Assembly (NCBI GenBank): GCA_020137815.1
Contig: CM035360.1
Coordinates: 186,001 to 250,000 of the forward strand
Direction: 5' to 3'
Origin: Hormiphora californensis
Lineage: Eukaryota > Animalia > Ctenophora
DNA length: 64,000 bases
Every line of letters begins with the position of its first letter. Position 1 is the stretch's first letter. Shown here piece after piece: positions 48,420 to 62,842 of the stretch. The translations under genes and the position numbers were made by a program. The notes under the pieces were generated by a model. That model did not search any database, was not told where the DNA came from, and was given only the letters and a program-made list of their open reading frames with translations.

Positions 48420-48460
<41 letters not shown>

Positions 48461-48574
48461 ATCTCTGTACATCTAGAGCTGTTGATCGAGTGTAGTAATT
48501 TCTTGAGATCTTTTTTATTTAAAACCATTTCCTCTATGAAGTTTCGCTGTATATAATACCAGGTCTATGATCTA

Positions 48575-48698
<124 letters not shown>

Positions 48699-49979
48699 CA
48701 CATTCTCTCAGTTTATTTCTCTCTTTTTATTGCAGTTCTATAGCGACTATATGCTGGCGACCACAACGATGCAATACTTATCTTTTTTCAGTATCCTCTC
48801 TCTCTGTGTCTTAGATAGCGATATATCTGGCGGGGGGAAGATCCATTTTAACTTGTTGCGTCATAATGGGCTGTTGTATCTGTTCTTTATCATCCATATA
48901 ACATACTTGAAAAAAGAAGATATTAATTAGCCCAGTCTTTAGTGGTGTATGTGAAGGCAGAGGAGAGTGGGCAGGGAGAGATGGGAGAGATGGGAGAGAT
49001 CAGAGAGTGGGGAGAGAGATTGGGGAGTGAGAGTGGGGAGATAGATGGGAGGGAGAGGGAGTGGTGTGTTAAGGTCAGGCAGAGATGGGAGAATAGAGAG
49101 TGGGGAAATATGGTAGAGTAGGGAGAGATGGTATAGGAGAGAAGGGAAGAGATCAGTGGGTGGAGAGAGAGGGAGGGATATATTGTAATAGAGAGGAAGA
49201 AAGATGGAAAGATAGATCAATGTGTTTGTGTGTGTGTCTACACACGTGCCTTTATATGTGCGATTAATCTAAAGACACCATATTTTATAGACACATGTGC
49301 AGTATTATAACACACGTATTGTACATCAGATCCCTTTATCTCTAACAAGTAGTTTTTCTCTCTCTCTCTCCCTCTCTATGTATCTATCTGTCAATCTGTT
49401 TTTCTCCCTCTATCTCACTCTAACAAGTAGTTTTTCTCTCTTTCTATCACTCTATTATATATCTCTATATCTTTCCACGTGGGTCGATGATCAGGGATCA
49501 GAGACAGAGAGAGGGAGAGAATGTCAAAGTTCGATGCACGTATTATTTAGCGTCTTTTTGTGATATGATCCCCGGCCTGGAGGAATAGTAAAAGCAGTTC
49601 CTAATATTCCATCAGTAATCCAAGCAGTGTGATTCATTTGTCATCCTACACAATGGACTTGACAAAGTGACTTCCAGCTAATACTGCTTTTACTCTTTCT
49701 GCAGCAATTATATTACTTAGTAATCGCGTAAATAAAATAAATTGTTATTGATATAGTCACTCCTTGTATTTACGTTTTAAATTAATTTACTTTAAGCTAC
49801 AGCTCTGTAAAACATTTAACCTATCAATTAGAATTCTGAATAATGAGTTCAGAGCAAGAATTAAATCAATTAGATATCAATTAGATATCAATTAGATACA
49901 TTAGTATCAGATAGTGGACGCTGTTCGCCAAATTATAACCTCGTTTTATTTCCATAGCTCCCCTCCTCTCTCACACACC

Positions 49980-51754
49980 ATGTCTCACGGTCTTACAGAC
50001 GAACAGGTCAACGAATTCAAAGAGGCCTTCAGCCTGTTCGATAAGGATAACGATGGTAAGTTATATCAGCTTGCCATGGCTATAACAAGTGTTTTAAAAG
50101 AAACAGAGTGGACATTGGGGAAAACAGCCCTGAGATTTAAGGGAATAGCCGTCACTGAAACCTGAGGTTCATGCCACGGTTCATGGAAACGGTTGTTTCC
50201 CCCCATTGTCTGAGTTTCATTCCTATAATTATACGCTAGTTGTTTCATCTGAGAACCATTTTCCAGGCACCATCACGACAACCGAGTTGGGAACAGTTAT
50301 GAAGTCTCTAGGACAGAACCCCAGCGACTCTGATCTCCAGGACATGATCAATGAGGTAATTTGAACATCATCATTGCTGTCATTTCAAAGATTCATCATT
50401 GCCTGTCTAGGTCTCTCTCAAATTATGTATTGTGAGCCATGTTCTTCTCCATTGAAAATGGACCATTGTAATTACCAGTGCGTTTTAACTGCAACTTTGG
50501 TGTGTTTTAACTGCAACTTGGTGTGTTTCAACTTGACATGCTTTAGGTTGATGCTGACGGTAACGGTACCATCGATTTCCCTGAGTTCTTGACCATGATG
50601 ACCAAACACATGAAGGAGAGCGATAACGACCAGGAATTGAAGGAAGCTTTCAAGGTATGTACAATTCTATAACACACGGGGACAATGTACATAATGTACA
50701 TAATGTACACAATGTACACAATGTACATAATGTACATAATGTACACAATGTACATAATAATCTCAGGAAATTCCTGAGAGTCCTCATGGATCTTGTTGTG
50801 GTCTACGCTGCAGTCCCCTTATAGGGCCTACAGCAAAATACAAGTGCTCACTAGGGGACTGCAGCGCATGCCAAGGGATCTTGATGTTTCTATTTTGCTT
50901 GCAGGCAAAAAGAAAGATCATTGGTCAATTTATTAAAAATTGTTGACTCCTATAATAGTTTTGATGAAATATTTGACTAGCTAATTAGTTGAACTTTTCT
51001 TCAAATTAAAACATACGAGCAGTATATCTTGCTACAGTATACGTGTTATTGCATCTTTTACAAGTACCCAATTGTGACAAACATGTATAAGTCTGACTCG
51101 AGAGAGACATGATCTGTGTGGCGACCCAGTTTTGATTCTTCTTGCAATCAGATATCGGGTCTCGCGGCGCCACTGCAGATTTGAGAGAAATGTGTTGTGA
51201 CCGTGAGCGTGAAGCTACTTTTCCGTTGTGCTAGTGCAGCTGCTGTTTTATATTTCATTGCTGAGTTCTTATTATAATCATCAAAATATAAATTACATGT
51301 GATCTTATATTTAATTGCACACACTCACACATGAAACCAATGTGAACCTCTTTTGGAGAGCTAAAGATCAAGAACACACGTACACACACACACAGAGAGT
51401 AGTGTTATAATATTGTGAAGCATGCAGTGTATTGCATGACGGATGGTGATGATGGTGAAGCAATCGGCTAATGGTTGTACGTTGCCATAGCAACCGCGTG
51501 GCATGGTTGCCCATAGCAACAACGCATGTTCAGCATCCCTCCCCACATGATTGACATTGTGGAGTGCACTACAGGTATTCGACACTGACGGCAGTGGTAA
51601 AATCAGCGCTATGGAACTCAAGAAGGTGATGGCCAACCTGGGAGAGAACCTTACTGACGAGGAGATTGATGAGATGATCAGGGAAGCCGACACGGACGGG
51701 GATGGCGAGGTGGATTATGATGAATTTGTGAAAATGATGAGCAGTCAAAAGTAG
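49980..51754 (+). CDS. Calmodulin-like protein, isoform A (150 aa). Exons 49980-50055, 50267-50355, 50547-50654, 51575-51754
   Basis: [150 protein letters not shown]. Four EF-hands; phases match; AATAAA at 52131. Confidence 0.93.
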
Positions 51755-52602
51755 AGAGGAGATCTGATATATATCTGGGGACTGTAGCTGCAACACTTAG
51801 TGTAATAATATATTGTGTGACTGTGATCATATATTGCGAGGCGCTGAACTTCAGAAACTTGATGGCCCGCGTTTCTCTGATTTTCTCTGACACACAAAAG
51901 AGGGGGATGCTCAGATCCCTGCTACACACGCTATCAATTCACACACGGAGATATATTGGAGAAGCTTGTTGAGTAAGGGGGACACTCTTCCCCCTTACTC
52001 AACAAGGAGAAGCTGTTCTATGATATTGTTTCCACATGTGCTGTTATGAACAATACAAGTTTCCACGTGGTCATACTTATAAAAATGCTGATATGTACAT
52101 AAATTATATGTATAAATATACTCATTTTAAAATAAACTTAACCATGCTAAAAATGCTTGATTTTTTCCTTTGCTGAGCTGTAGCTAATTAACGATCTGCC
52201 TGCAAGAGAGAGTATGATATTGTGAATGCTGCATGATACGCAAGAAGCACGATGCTGCGTGTTAGTAACACACGTCGCGTGTTACCTTGGTAACAGTAAG
52301 AATGTGTAAGATGCTGCCGCCGCTGCTGCTGCTGCTCCAGTATACTGAAACAATGCTCCCATTGAGTGCTGCATGCGAGACAGAGAGAGAAAGGACGGCC
52401 TGCTCAACGCTCCTGTGTGAAAAGCTGCGTAAAACCCGTGTGTGAGGGAGAGAGAGCTACAGAGAGAGCTACAGCGATTGTAAGGTGTGAGCATGGACAC
52501 AGGACATCTGACTGAAGACGTGTGAGAACCCATTATACTCAACTGAAGACACACTGCTGTGAGTACCCTCCTGACAAATATACTCTGGAACTGACTTCAA
52601 CA

Positions 52603-52755
52603 GATAAGACACCACTTGATAAGACACCACCAGATAAGACACCACCAGATAAGACACCACCAGATAAGACACCACTAGATAAGACACCACCAGATAAGAC
52701 ACCACCAGATAAGACACCACCAGATAAGACACCACCAGATAAGACACCACTTGAC
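52603..52755. repeat. 15-bp minisatellite (~10 copies)
   Basis: Unit AGATAAGACACCACC. Confidence 0.95.
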
Positions 52756-53156
52756 TAATGCAGACTTGTTGCTACTCAACAAATACCCTTCTGACAACTA
52801 TACTCTAGACAATTCCTTGTTACTCGAACTAAGGACTGACGTCATCAGACCATTCTCGACTCTAACCACGTGCATACTTCAACAGATCACTTGACTAATC
52901 AACAGACCATTCTCGACTCTAACTGCACGTGCAAACAGATCACTAATGCAGACTTGTTGCTACTCAACAAATGCCGACAACACCGAACAACAATGCAGAA
53001 CTGATCGAACAACCCTGCAGTCCCTGCAGCAGACTAAGACCCAACTGCAGAACTGACAAAACAACCCTAGACCCTGCAGCAGACTCAGACCCAGAATTGA
53101 CAGAACCCTTTCCACACGTCATGATGATACTAAGCGTCCCGGACACCATCCCACAG

Positions 53157-53336
53157 GTGTTCGATAAGGATGGTAACGGTAAAATCAGCAGTGAGGAGCT
53201 GAAGATTGTGATGCAGAACTTGGGAGAGCGGTTGACGGACGAGGAGATCAATGAGATGATCCGGGAGGCAGATAATGACGGGGATGGAGAAGTTGATTAC
53301 GAGGAATTCGTGAAGATGATGAGCAGTAGCAAATAA
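53157..53336 (+). CDS. Calmodulin alternative C-lobe terminal exon B
   Basis: ccacag|[59 protein letters not shown]. Phase 0, same start residue and length as exon A. Confidence 0.9.
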   Translation: MFDKDGNGKISSEELKIVMQNLGERLTDEEINEMIREADNDGDGEVDYEEFVKMMSSSK

Positions 53337-53474
53337 TAATTGTTACCATGGTTACCAATAATAAGAGATGCGATCAGCTTCAAATATATACTTGAACGAG
53401 AGAAAGAGGGTCCGAGTAGAGAGAAAGGGAGATTTTAGAGAGAGAGTAATCTGTAAATAATCTTAGAGAGGAGG

Positions 53475-53583
<109 letters not shown>

Positions 53584-54933
53584 ATGTGTCTATGTGTGTG
53601 TCTATGGCAAATATGTGTATTTATACTCCCAGAGAGAAAGAGTTGCAACTCATCAGGGATAGTGTGTGTTTAGTACCAACATATAAGATTTGAAGCCGCA
53701 ACTCACTTTTTACATGTTATGTTGAAATTGTATAGTCCCGTATATTAGAAATATATTACTTAGATTTGGTGAACAGTCATTATATATTATGCTTACAATA
53801 TGTGCCATTGTGCCAACCAAGAAATATAAATGTAAGGGTATGTCTGCCGAGTAATATTTAAAACTTCTCTCTGCCTGTTTCTCATCTTTTAGAATTAACT
53901 TCATTTATTCGGTAAAGAATTTTTAGTACAGCTGATTCCTAAAAGGCCAAGGTCGATAAAAGGTTGATAAAAGGTCGATAAAAGGTTGATAAAAGGTCGA
54001 TAGTGGAAGCTCTTACGGTTTTGAGCTGCATGCCGCGGCTTAAAACCGTAAGAGCTTCCACTACGAAGAGCATCTTAAGTCACTGACCGGGTTTAGTATA
54101 CATAATGTAGCATATTTTCAAAGTACAGTTTATAACATAACTCTGAGGTCTTCTGAGACTTCATTTTCCTGTATGAGAGAGAGAGAACTATATCCCATTT
54201 TTAAATATAACCTTCAAATTATACAAGTGTTTTTCGTGCAAGGAACATACATAAATAAAGCTGTGTTACTGAGATGGGACTGAAGTCTTCAGTCAAATAA
54301 AAGGGATGTGTCAGATAGTAGAGCTACTATCTGACATCCCTTAATTGAACAGCTCTGTTTACTGAACCTGTCTGGCGGTGCCGACCCGATCTGAGCACAC
54401 TATCAACACAGGGTCTGGCGTCGCCAGATAGCACTACTAAACTTGTGAAAAGTTACTAGAGTACGGTGGCAGTCTCGGTGCTCAAAGATCAATATCTGAT
54501 ATTATTGCTCTTGTGGAACAACCCATTGCATCGGTTGGTGACGCGGCCACCCCTACACTGGCCGCGCGGAGCGCGGCAAACGAAGCCTGCGAAGGGGGAT
54601 CTCATCACCAATTGCATCGGATCCGAATTAAACAAATTTCACTGCACAATTTAGTCAAATCTCACCCATTCTGGTCTGTATGGCGGCGCCATACCCCATT
54701 TGATTCTCAGATGGGGTCACGGCATCAGACAGGTTCTGGTTCGATAATGTGCTCAGATCGGCACCTGAACCACTAGACCTAGCCCCATAAACCTGTCTAG
54801 CGTGTGCCTCGACCCGAGAACGGGGGGTCTGCAGCGCACACTAGACACACACCGTACAGCAGGTCGCTAGTATACAATTAATAATAATAATAATGTAACA
54901 TTATTGAGACTCACACCACACTTTCGAGTGCAG

Positions 54934-55390
54934 GTGTTTGACAAGAACGGGGACGGTAAGATCTCATCGGTGGAACTGAGGGACGTTATGGTCAGTCTGG
55001 GAGAGAAGCTCACCGACGACGAAATCGATCAGGTACTTGTTGGTGGGCAAGAGGGATTAATATTAGAGCCGCAAATAAAGTAAACTGCAGAGTGCTGGTC
55101 GCTGGATTGTACCTATCATACGTTTGGGCACGTCGCGCCCCTCATGTTCGCGTGCCCGTAGGGCGATCCCCTAAGGGGCTTGCCCGCTACGCGGGCAAAT
55201 CATACGTTAAAACGAATTTCATTTTGAGCACCACGGATATCACGTGATACCAAACCTAAACTAACCAACGCTTTACAAGATCAAACAAACTAAAGATATA
55301 TCCCCCCTACAGATGATCCGAGAGGCAGATACCAACAATGATGGATACGTGGACTACGAAGAATTTGTAAAGATGATGACCGGCAAATAA
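54934..55390 (+). CDS. Calmodulin alternative C-lobe cassette C (exons 54934-55032 and 55313-55390)
   Basis: tgcag|[33 protein letters not shown]|gtact...ctacag|[25 protein letters not shown]. Confidence 0.9.
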
Positions 55391-57821
55391 ACACATTATC
55401 TGCATCTATTGTTACCATGGTTACACGCACATCAATTGTTGTTTGTCTGTTCGTGCTGTTGAGAGAGAGGGTAGAATTGTTGTATCCGGGGACTCTAGGA
55501 TACACAAACTGTATGTGACATGGGAAAGGGATATATTTTATAGGTGATATATTATTGTTTAGTGTGTAGTTATACTGTCGGTCTGGCAGCACCGATATCC
55601 GCACTGAAACAGGGTCGGCACCCTGAAACAGGGCCGGCACCGCCAGACAGACATGAGTTAGCAGAGACATATTTAGATGTGGGTAAAACAAAATGCTAAT
55701 GTAAAGTAAGTGTAAAGTATATTTAAGGTGATGAATGTGTTTTACATAATATATGTTGACCTTTGTATCCCATTGATGATATTTTGTTCCCCATTTTTAT
55801 ACAAAGTGTTTTGATGTTCAGAATATAATGGTTCCTGGATGCATTGACCAGTGCGGGCCAGGCAATGGTTGTATAACAACTATGAGAAATTGAGAAATTG
55901 GAAGGATGCCGGGGAAATCCTTACTAAGGATAGATTGTGCTGTTGCACCTCCTCATAATAGTATGAACAATACAAAGGATAGACTCAAGGGATCAGGGTA
56001 TTCAGGTGGTGCAAGAGGGTCGTGGTTGAGGCAGGGTTCTACACTAAATCTATACAAAGATAAAAACGAATAGCTTTTATTAAAGTATGTAAAATGTAAC
56101 CCGAAAATTAAAAAAAAACGTCTCAGGATATAATATGATAACTTTGCTATCTTTGTGACTTGTGTGTCTTTTCACTCAAAATTGCAACAGCTAAATACGA
56201 CGACATATTGTCTGCTATTCACCCCCATTTATAAAGTATGAAATATCTTCAAAGAACCCTTCTAATTTGAGAAAATGGTCTCTTGTTGGAGCAGGGCCAG
56301 GCTGATTCACCGGTAGTCTGTCTGGTGGCGCCAAACCCCCAATTGACAGTGAACTCAGAGTCAGATGGGGTCGGCGGCGCCAGACAGCGGGAAGTCATCC
56401 AGCGGTTCCTTGCCAGTGTAGCCAAGGTTCCATCTTCAATGAGCGGCTCCTTTAGTTCTTCTACTTCCACTGATTTAACAAAATTACACGCATACTCAGG
56501 AGAAATGCACCGACTCAGAGCCTCTGAGAGGAAATCCATGCTTTGCTTGTCACAGAGTGAGAAGTTGAAGTTTTCCAAAATGTAATCTCGAAGTGGTAGT
56601 GTGCAGCCGATGTCCAGAATTGAGATAAGATTTTGCACAAACATTGATTCAAGTTCAAATTGGACAGCTAACGACATTACCAAATCCATTTCGGGACGTT
56701 TCGTAGTCGCTGTTAACAATCGAGAAATCTTGAATTGGAAGGCGGTTTTGTTTTCGGGGACACATGAAAAAATATGTGTAATGAATCTATCATCTCCAAA
56801 CTTAACCGAGAAATCCAGTGCCAGTAGGGCGAAATCCCAGTAATCATTGAATTCATTCAGCGATTTGGGAAGGTTCTTCTTAAAGAAGACGAGACATCCA
56901 TCCTTCGCCCAGTTGACTTTAAATACAGCTAACATCTTCAGAAAATCACTGAAAACTTTGAACTCGGTGGAGTCAACCAACCTTTCAAGTTTCCCTGTGT
57001 AACAAGCATCGATAAACATTTGGACGGACTCAGGTCTAAAATCAGAAACATCGTGATCCATCTCCCCTACTTCCTCAATTAGATTCTTCAGGACGGGAGA
57101 GTTACGTGCTAGGACGTAGGAATTCAGAGGGATGTTTGTGCCATCGCTCAGAACAAAGCTGTTGTTTCCATGGGCAGGGAGGGACAGATACTCTTTACCA
57201 AAGTCTATCCCGGCTGGTTCTCCAATGGCCGGTGAATTCACAGAGGCTGAGTTAGTTCCCAAACTAGTCGCGGCTGGTTCTTGATGGCAGGGAGAGCTGT
57301 GGATGTGATCTATAATGATAATTAAGTTACCAACACAGGATTTCCAACCCAATCTTTTAGGTTGAAATTAATATACTGTCCCAAAAGTCTTGTTTGCCTC
57401 AAAGTTGGATTCTGTCTCACCAGTATTAACACGGATTCATCCAGATTCTCTATCATTCCTGTTTCTGGGCTATAGCCGTTTACTTTAAACCTCAACTTGC
57501 GATTTCCAGGTCTCTCTACGTCGACAATCCAGATTCTGCCAGATTTTTCGAGGCATAAAAATTCAGTTAAACCTTGAGTGAGGCGGATACTTCGGTTAAA
57601 AATAACTGTGCTTTTCTCGTCTAGTACAATTGGAATATGTTGAATAGGTGCCTCACCTACGTTAATTTTACTGATAATAACAGAGGCGAAAATATTTATT
57701 TCATGATCACCGCTATCAGAGAATAAGGATCGGTTGATTGTTTATTAGCCGCATATCAGTGAGGAAGTTTTGTTTTCTCCTTCCGGCTGGACAAATGAGT
57801 AGACGTAGATTTTATTGTAGA

Positions 57822-57866
57822 ATAACGCTATCAATTTCGGCGCACAGCACCATCTTCAGGCTATAA
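57822..57866 (-). ncRNA. Minimal hammerhead ribozyme motif in the PLE terminal repeat
   Basis: Minus strand GC-CUGAAGA-U-GGUGC(ugu)GCGCC-GAAA-UUG-AUA-GC: conserved core, 5-bp stem II, very short stems I and III, as is typical of PLE hammerheads. Confidence 0.65.
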
Positions 57867-58168
57867 TATACGGAATATACATGTTAGAAAAACTGTACAC
57901 ATACCAATCGTAAAATAAAAATTACTGGAAAATTCTAAAGCTAAGCTAATTTAGTGAAATAGTAAAAAGTTGAAAAACTACACGCGGGACTGGAAAAAAA
58001 ATTATAAAACAAAAAGTAAAGACTAGGAAATAAACGGGGTTTAAATAGTAAAGAAATAAGATCAGATAGTGAAATAAGATAGGAATCACGCGACTGCTCA
58101 AAAAGATATCTAGCTAAAAATACTCAATGACCAATATGGCCGTTAGAAAATACTAAAAACGGATAATA

Positions 58169-58857
58169 TTAAGAAATAAGGAATCTAGATAGATCAGTCA
58201 ACTCTTCTTTTAAATTAATAGTAGGCTTCTCTCTGTTAATATAATATGCTTCTATAATCTTTCTATATAAGATACGTGACTCTGTTGTAATAATCTCAAA
58301 CATCAAATCAGGTACTGTCTTATTATGAAACTGTTTATAGTGCACTGCGAGTGCCATCTCCGAGTAAGATTTCAACGTAGGGGAGGTGGCATACCGGAGA
58401 TGTTCTCCAAAGCGGTCTTTAGCTGTTCTCCCCGTTTCCCCGATGTAGATCTCTTTACAGATGTTACAGGTAATCCGGTATACTGGAGCAGTCACCTGGC
58501 AGTTCCTCTCCCCCTCTAGCCGTGGACATATTTTACATGATCTCCCCCCACAGTAAGCTGCTCCATTGTCAAGGGGCCGTGAGCTACAGAAGATGTTACG
58601 TAGCTTGGTACCTGGAGTAAATACTGTTTTGATAGGAAGAGAGCGGCTAGAGATAAACTTCTGGATCGATAATGAAAATGATTCAGAGATGTAAGGCAGT
58701 TTCAAAATCACACAGTCCTCCACCTGCTGCTTCTGACCCTGGTACAAACGACAGCTCTGTTGTTGTGCGAACTGACGAGGGTTCTGGTACCCATTAGCAA
58801 TCAGCAGGTTGTCCACTATTCTCAGGGATGCCTCCTCTTGTTCCGAATCTGATGCAC
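58169..58857 (-). CDS. PLE polyprotein fragment (RT C-terminal region + GIY-YIG endonuclease)
   Basis: 'LIANGY', 'LPYIS', 'CKICP', 'VYRITCNICKEIYIGETGRTAKDRFGEH', 'RKIIEAYYINREKPTIN'. Confidence 0.9.
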
Positions 58858-61274
58858 TTCTACAATAAAATCTACGTCTACTCATTTGTCCAGCCGGAAG
58901 GAGAAAACAAAACTTCCTCACTGATCACCGCTATCTTTTATAAATTTGTTCCATCCGATTCCATATCCAGATTTTCTGCTATAGGTGATATTGCAGGCTC
59001 TCTTGAGCCCATAAATTTCCAGATAAAAGACTGTTTTGCAACTCCAAGAAGTAACGGCATTAATAGGATGGCAAAACAAATGAACACCGAGAAAATCACT
59101 ATCGGCTATTTTAACTTCAATACTCCATAAGAAACCGTGGTGTAGCTGTTTTTCGCTCATAAATCCCTCCCCATCTTCAAGCTGTCTGTTGCGTGGTATT
59201 TGAATCAAAAACTCGGCGGCAAACTTCTTTGTCATGTTCGTTCCTAAGGGTAAAGGGGGAATTCATATCAAGCTCACAAACATAGGAAAAACACAGGAAA
59301 AATCACAGAGATATGCATATAATAGTAGTTCACAACACACAAGACACAGCAACTAGCATTGATAAAGGAACTGAATATTCTCTTACACTCACAATTTGTT
59401 GAATATTGAATGAGTAACGGAGGTATCAGAGGGGGAGGGGCCCTTTCTAGAACAAATTGAGTTTACAGTAAACCTTGCTATGTGAGTTTCTCACAAAAAC
59501 AACTTACCACCAATTATTCACCCTGCAGATTCATCCCCGGCCCTTGTCCCTTGACTGTGCACAACTCAAAAATGCCATGGCTATGATAAAGAGAACCATA
59601 TAATTAGCTAAAGAACAATAATATACTCCGTCACGGTTGCATAATATATTCATCACTTCTTTTATCTTTGAACAAGTTACATCGATCGTTTAGGGCAGCC
59701 CTTCCCCATTTTAGCAGTGTGCTCTCTGAACACTTGGTTACTGGGGCGCTCGCGCGGAGGGGTAATTTCATTACCAATCTGAACACTTGGTCAGTAACCG
59801 TCCCCTGACAAGGCCTCCTAGTTGAGTTCTTTGAACTCTCAACTCAAATTGAGTTATAATGTAATATATAAGTCTATGAGGGCTGTCAATTGCGTAAAGG
59901 TTAACTGTCTGAAACTTTATATCTAGGTTGATCGTTTTACTGTCTTGCTTTGTAGAAGGTCTGTTTACTTTTATAAGCAGCACCGAGAAAGTACAGGAAT
60001 TAAACTTAAGAGTGTGGAGATCACTTTGTAAGAAGGACAACAATGCAAAACATCTGTTGAGCTCCCACACACACTTGTTTGCTATGTTCTAACCCTCCCT
60101 ACCACACACTTGTACCGTCATTTCTTATTTCCTCCTCTTTTTTCATTTTGTACTACATGTGTAACTGTACTCAGTGCTTAATGCTTTAAGTTTAGGCCAG
60201 ATAAGAGCCCAGTGCTTAATGCTTAAGGCCAGAGGGGGGGGGGTTTAAAATAAAAGTCACTTTCGGCATCTGGTCCGGCTCAAATGGCCTAAACTTACAT
60301 TTACAGTGCTGTACTAAATAGTATTATATATGCAATGATATGCACCATGTGTCATTATGTGCGTGAGAGCTTGAGATGTGCACGTGCTTTAACCTGACTC
60401 ACAGATGATATTATGAATAACATGTCTTAATTTAGCATAAGCTTGACTTGCTAATTTAAAATTTGCTTGTCCTTGAAATTATTATAGTGTATTGAAATGA
60501 TACCTTGTGTTTACTTTTGTACTGCTCCTGTGGACCACTACAGCTGTATAGCTCTTTGGATTGCATATGGTCCACACTTGTTACTAAGGGGGAAGAGTGG
60601 GAGACACTCACACCCTTCCCCCTTACTCAGCAAGTCCACACACAAGCATTCGATAGCTCAATATCATAGCACTGGCAAGTGCCCCGGGCCCAAAAGGGGG
60701 GTGTGGGGGCACAGCCCCCACCATAAACGGGGGTGTGGGGGCAGAGCCCCCACCTTAGAAATACCCTCTAACTCAAAAAACAAAAGAGAGAGCACACGCA
60801 ACACTTCTACACACAAGCGCGTGAAACTGCCAGTGCTACTATATACCATTGCAGATTTCGAGGTTTTTGATGCTTTAAAAAAGCATGTTCCAGATGAAGT
60901 AGAGAGCTGAAATTTTGTACTCTGAGTGCCCTCATATAGGAGAAGAGGCATGCAAATTTTCAGAACGATCGGATGTAAGGTAAAAATTTGCCAGAGGGGT
61001 CCCAAAATGCAAAAATGTAAAGGAGGGGAGGGGGAGGGGGAGGGGGAGGGGGAGGACGCTTTTTTATCTTTGAGTGTTCTCCTAAACCACAAATAGTAGA
61101 GACTTGCCGTTTGGAACAGTGGTTCCTTACATCATTGCGCTCGGTAATAGCTGTGTGAGAACTTCGAAATCGCCATAGTTCATTAATTATTCATTAATTA
61201 GTCATTAAATATTCATTTTAACCATGGTTGCGATATGACACGACTCGAAGGTCATAAAGACTTGAAACCGATCT

Positions 61275-62350
61275 TAGTCGACGCGGAATGGTCGATTTAT
61301 GGGGGGTCTTACTCGGGACAAAAATCTCTATCTCGCACCCTTAAGCCGTTATTTGCATATTTATGCACCTATTCACGATTTTATGCATATTTTCAATATT
61401 TTCACTTCAGATGGTCCTAGAACGTTTTCATGGACATATTTCGACGTAAAATAGTCGATTTATGGGGGGTCGTCCCCCGGACAAAAAGTCGTATCTCGCA
61501 CCGTTTAGCCGTTATTTGCATATTTATGCACCGATTCATGATTTTATGCATATTCTAAATATTTCCAGTTCGGCTCGTCTTAGAACGTTTTCATGGACAT
61601 ATTTCGACGCAAAATAGTCGATTTATGGGGGGTCTTACTCGGGACAAAAATCTCTATCTCGCACCGTTACACTATGGGGTCAAAACGCGCGTTTTTCCGG
61701 TTAGGATCGCAAAAATACGCCGTTTTTAGCGCATGAAATGCCACCCAAAACAGACGCCGCTATGAATGCGTGTGATGTTTAATGGCCATAAAAACGGGTC
61801 TAACATGTGGTCCATCGTTTAGCACACAAAATGAGACCAAACTTGGATCTATAATCTATAAAATGAGAGAATGAGAGCCATTTGAAAACTTTAAAATGAG
61901 ACAGATTTTTTTCGCTAATCGGAGCGTGGACATATTTGGTACCAAAATGGTCAGGGGGTTATACTGGATAGTCTGTAACCAAATTTAAGAAGGTGCGGGC
62001 AAGCGAACTTTGACTTTTTGCAGTATTTATGCTAAAAAATCGCTTTCCAGCGCCAATTTTATGTGTAAAACGCGCAACAGGGTCGAGATTTGAAGCTCTG
62101 TTGCGCGTTCTGGGGCCATAAACACGGCATCTCGCGAGCTGACCGGAATTGACCCCATAGTGCGTTATGCCGTTATTTGCATATTTATGCACCGGTTCAT
62201 GATTTAATGCATATTCTTAATATTTCCACTTCGGCTGGTCCTAGAACGTTTTCATGGACATATTCCGGCGCAAAATAGTCGATTTATGGGGGGTCGTCCC
62301 CCCAACAAAAAGTCGTATCTCTCACCGTTTAGTCGTTATTCGTATATTTA
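61275..62350. repeat. ~163-bp tandem repeat (~4 copies), interrupted by a transposon
   Basis: Recurrent GTCGATTTATGGGGGGTC...CCGTTATTTGCATATTTATGCACC...TAGAACGTTTTCATGGACATATT. Confidence 0.85.
61670..62162. mobile_element. Non-autonomous Transib-like DNA transposon
   Basis: TIR CACTATGGGGTCAA / TTGACCCCATAGTG with 5-bp TSD CGTTA. Confidence 0.8.
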
Positions 62351-62430
62351 TGAATTATTCAAATTCGAAAATATGCAGAAATCAGAAAAAATAGATTTTT
62401 CTATTTTACACCAAAAAGAACAGAAATTAA

Positions 62431-62842
62431 GTCCAAAAACCAATTAAATAAATTAGTTTGGATGCCCGGGCCCATGTGGTGTCACGGGGGTAACACCTTT
62501 AGGCTACTGTCGTAAATGATGGATATCGGGAGAGATAAAGGCAAAGGAAATTAGGATAGAAAGAGTGTGATATAATCAAGTAAGACGAAGAGATAAATAA
62601 GAGGAGAAAGAAAGAGAGATGAGTGAAAGAAACAGTGAGAGAGAAAGCGAGAGAGAGAAATAGTGTGTGAGAGAGAGTGAGAGAGAGACTGAGAGAGATA
62701 GATAGAGATAGGCAGATTGAAGGATAACAATTAACAATTAACGAGATATGCCGTTAATTATGGCAGTAGCCTAAAGGTGTTACCCCCGTGACACCACATG
62801 GGCCCGGGCATCCAAACTAATTTATTTAATTGGTTTTTGGAC
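62431..62842. mobile_element. TTAA-flanked element with ~80-bp perfect TIRs
   Basis: TTAA|GTCCAAAAACCAATT...GGCTACTG and its reverse complement ending GGAC|TTAA. Confidence 0.8.

Larger units (their letters stand above)
57718..58921 (-). mobile_element. 5'-truncated Penelope-like retroelement
   Basis: GIY-YIG endonuclease ORF; 14-bp TSD TGATCACCGCTATC (57704-57717 and 58922-58935); inverted copy of the 3' segment (57758-57822) at the 5' junction (58858-58923). Confidence 0.9.
56249..59235 (-). pseudogene. MATH + BTB/POZ domain gene disrupted by a retroelement insertion and a frame break at ~57320-57350
   Basis: 59235-58922 is MATH-like (GFLWSIEV..FLGVHLFC..SWSC..GWNKFI) and rejoins in frame with 57703-57322 once the insertion is removed. 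57352-56249 is BTB (FVLSDGTNIPLNSYVLARNSPVLKNLI...DFRPESVQMFIDACYTG). Confidence 0.75.
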
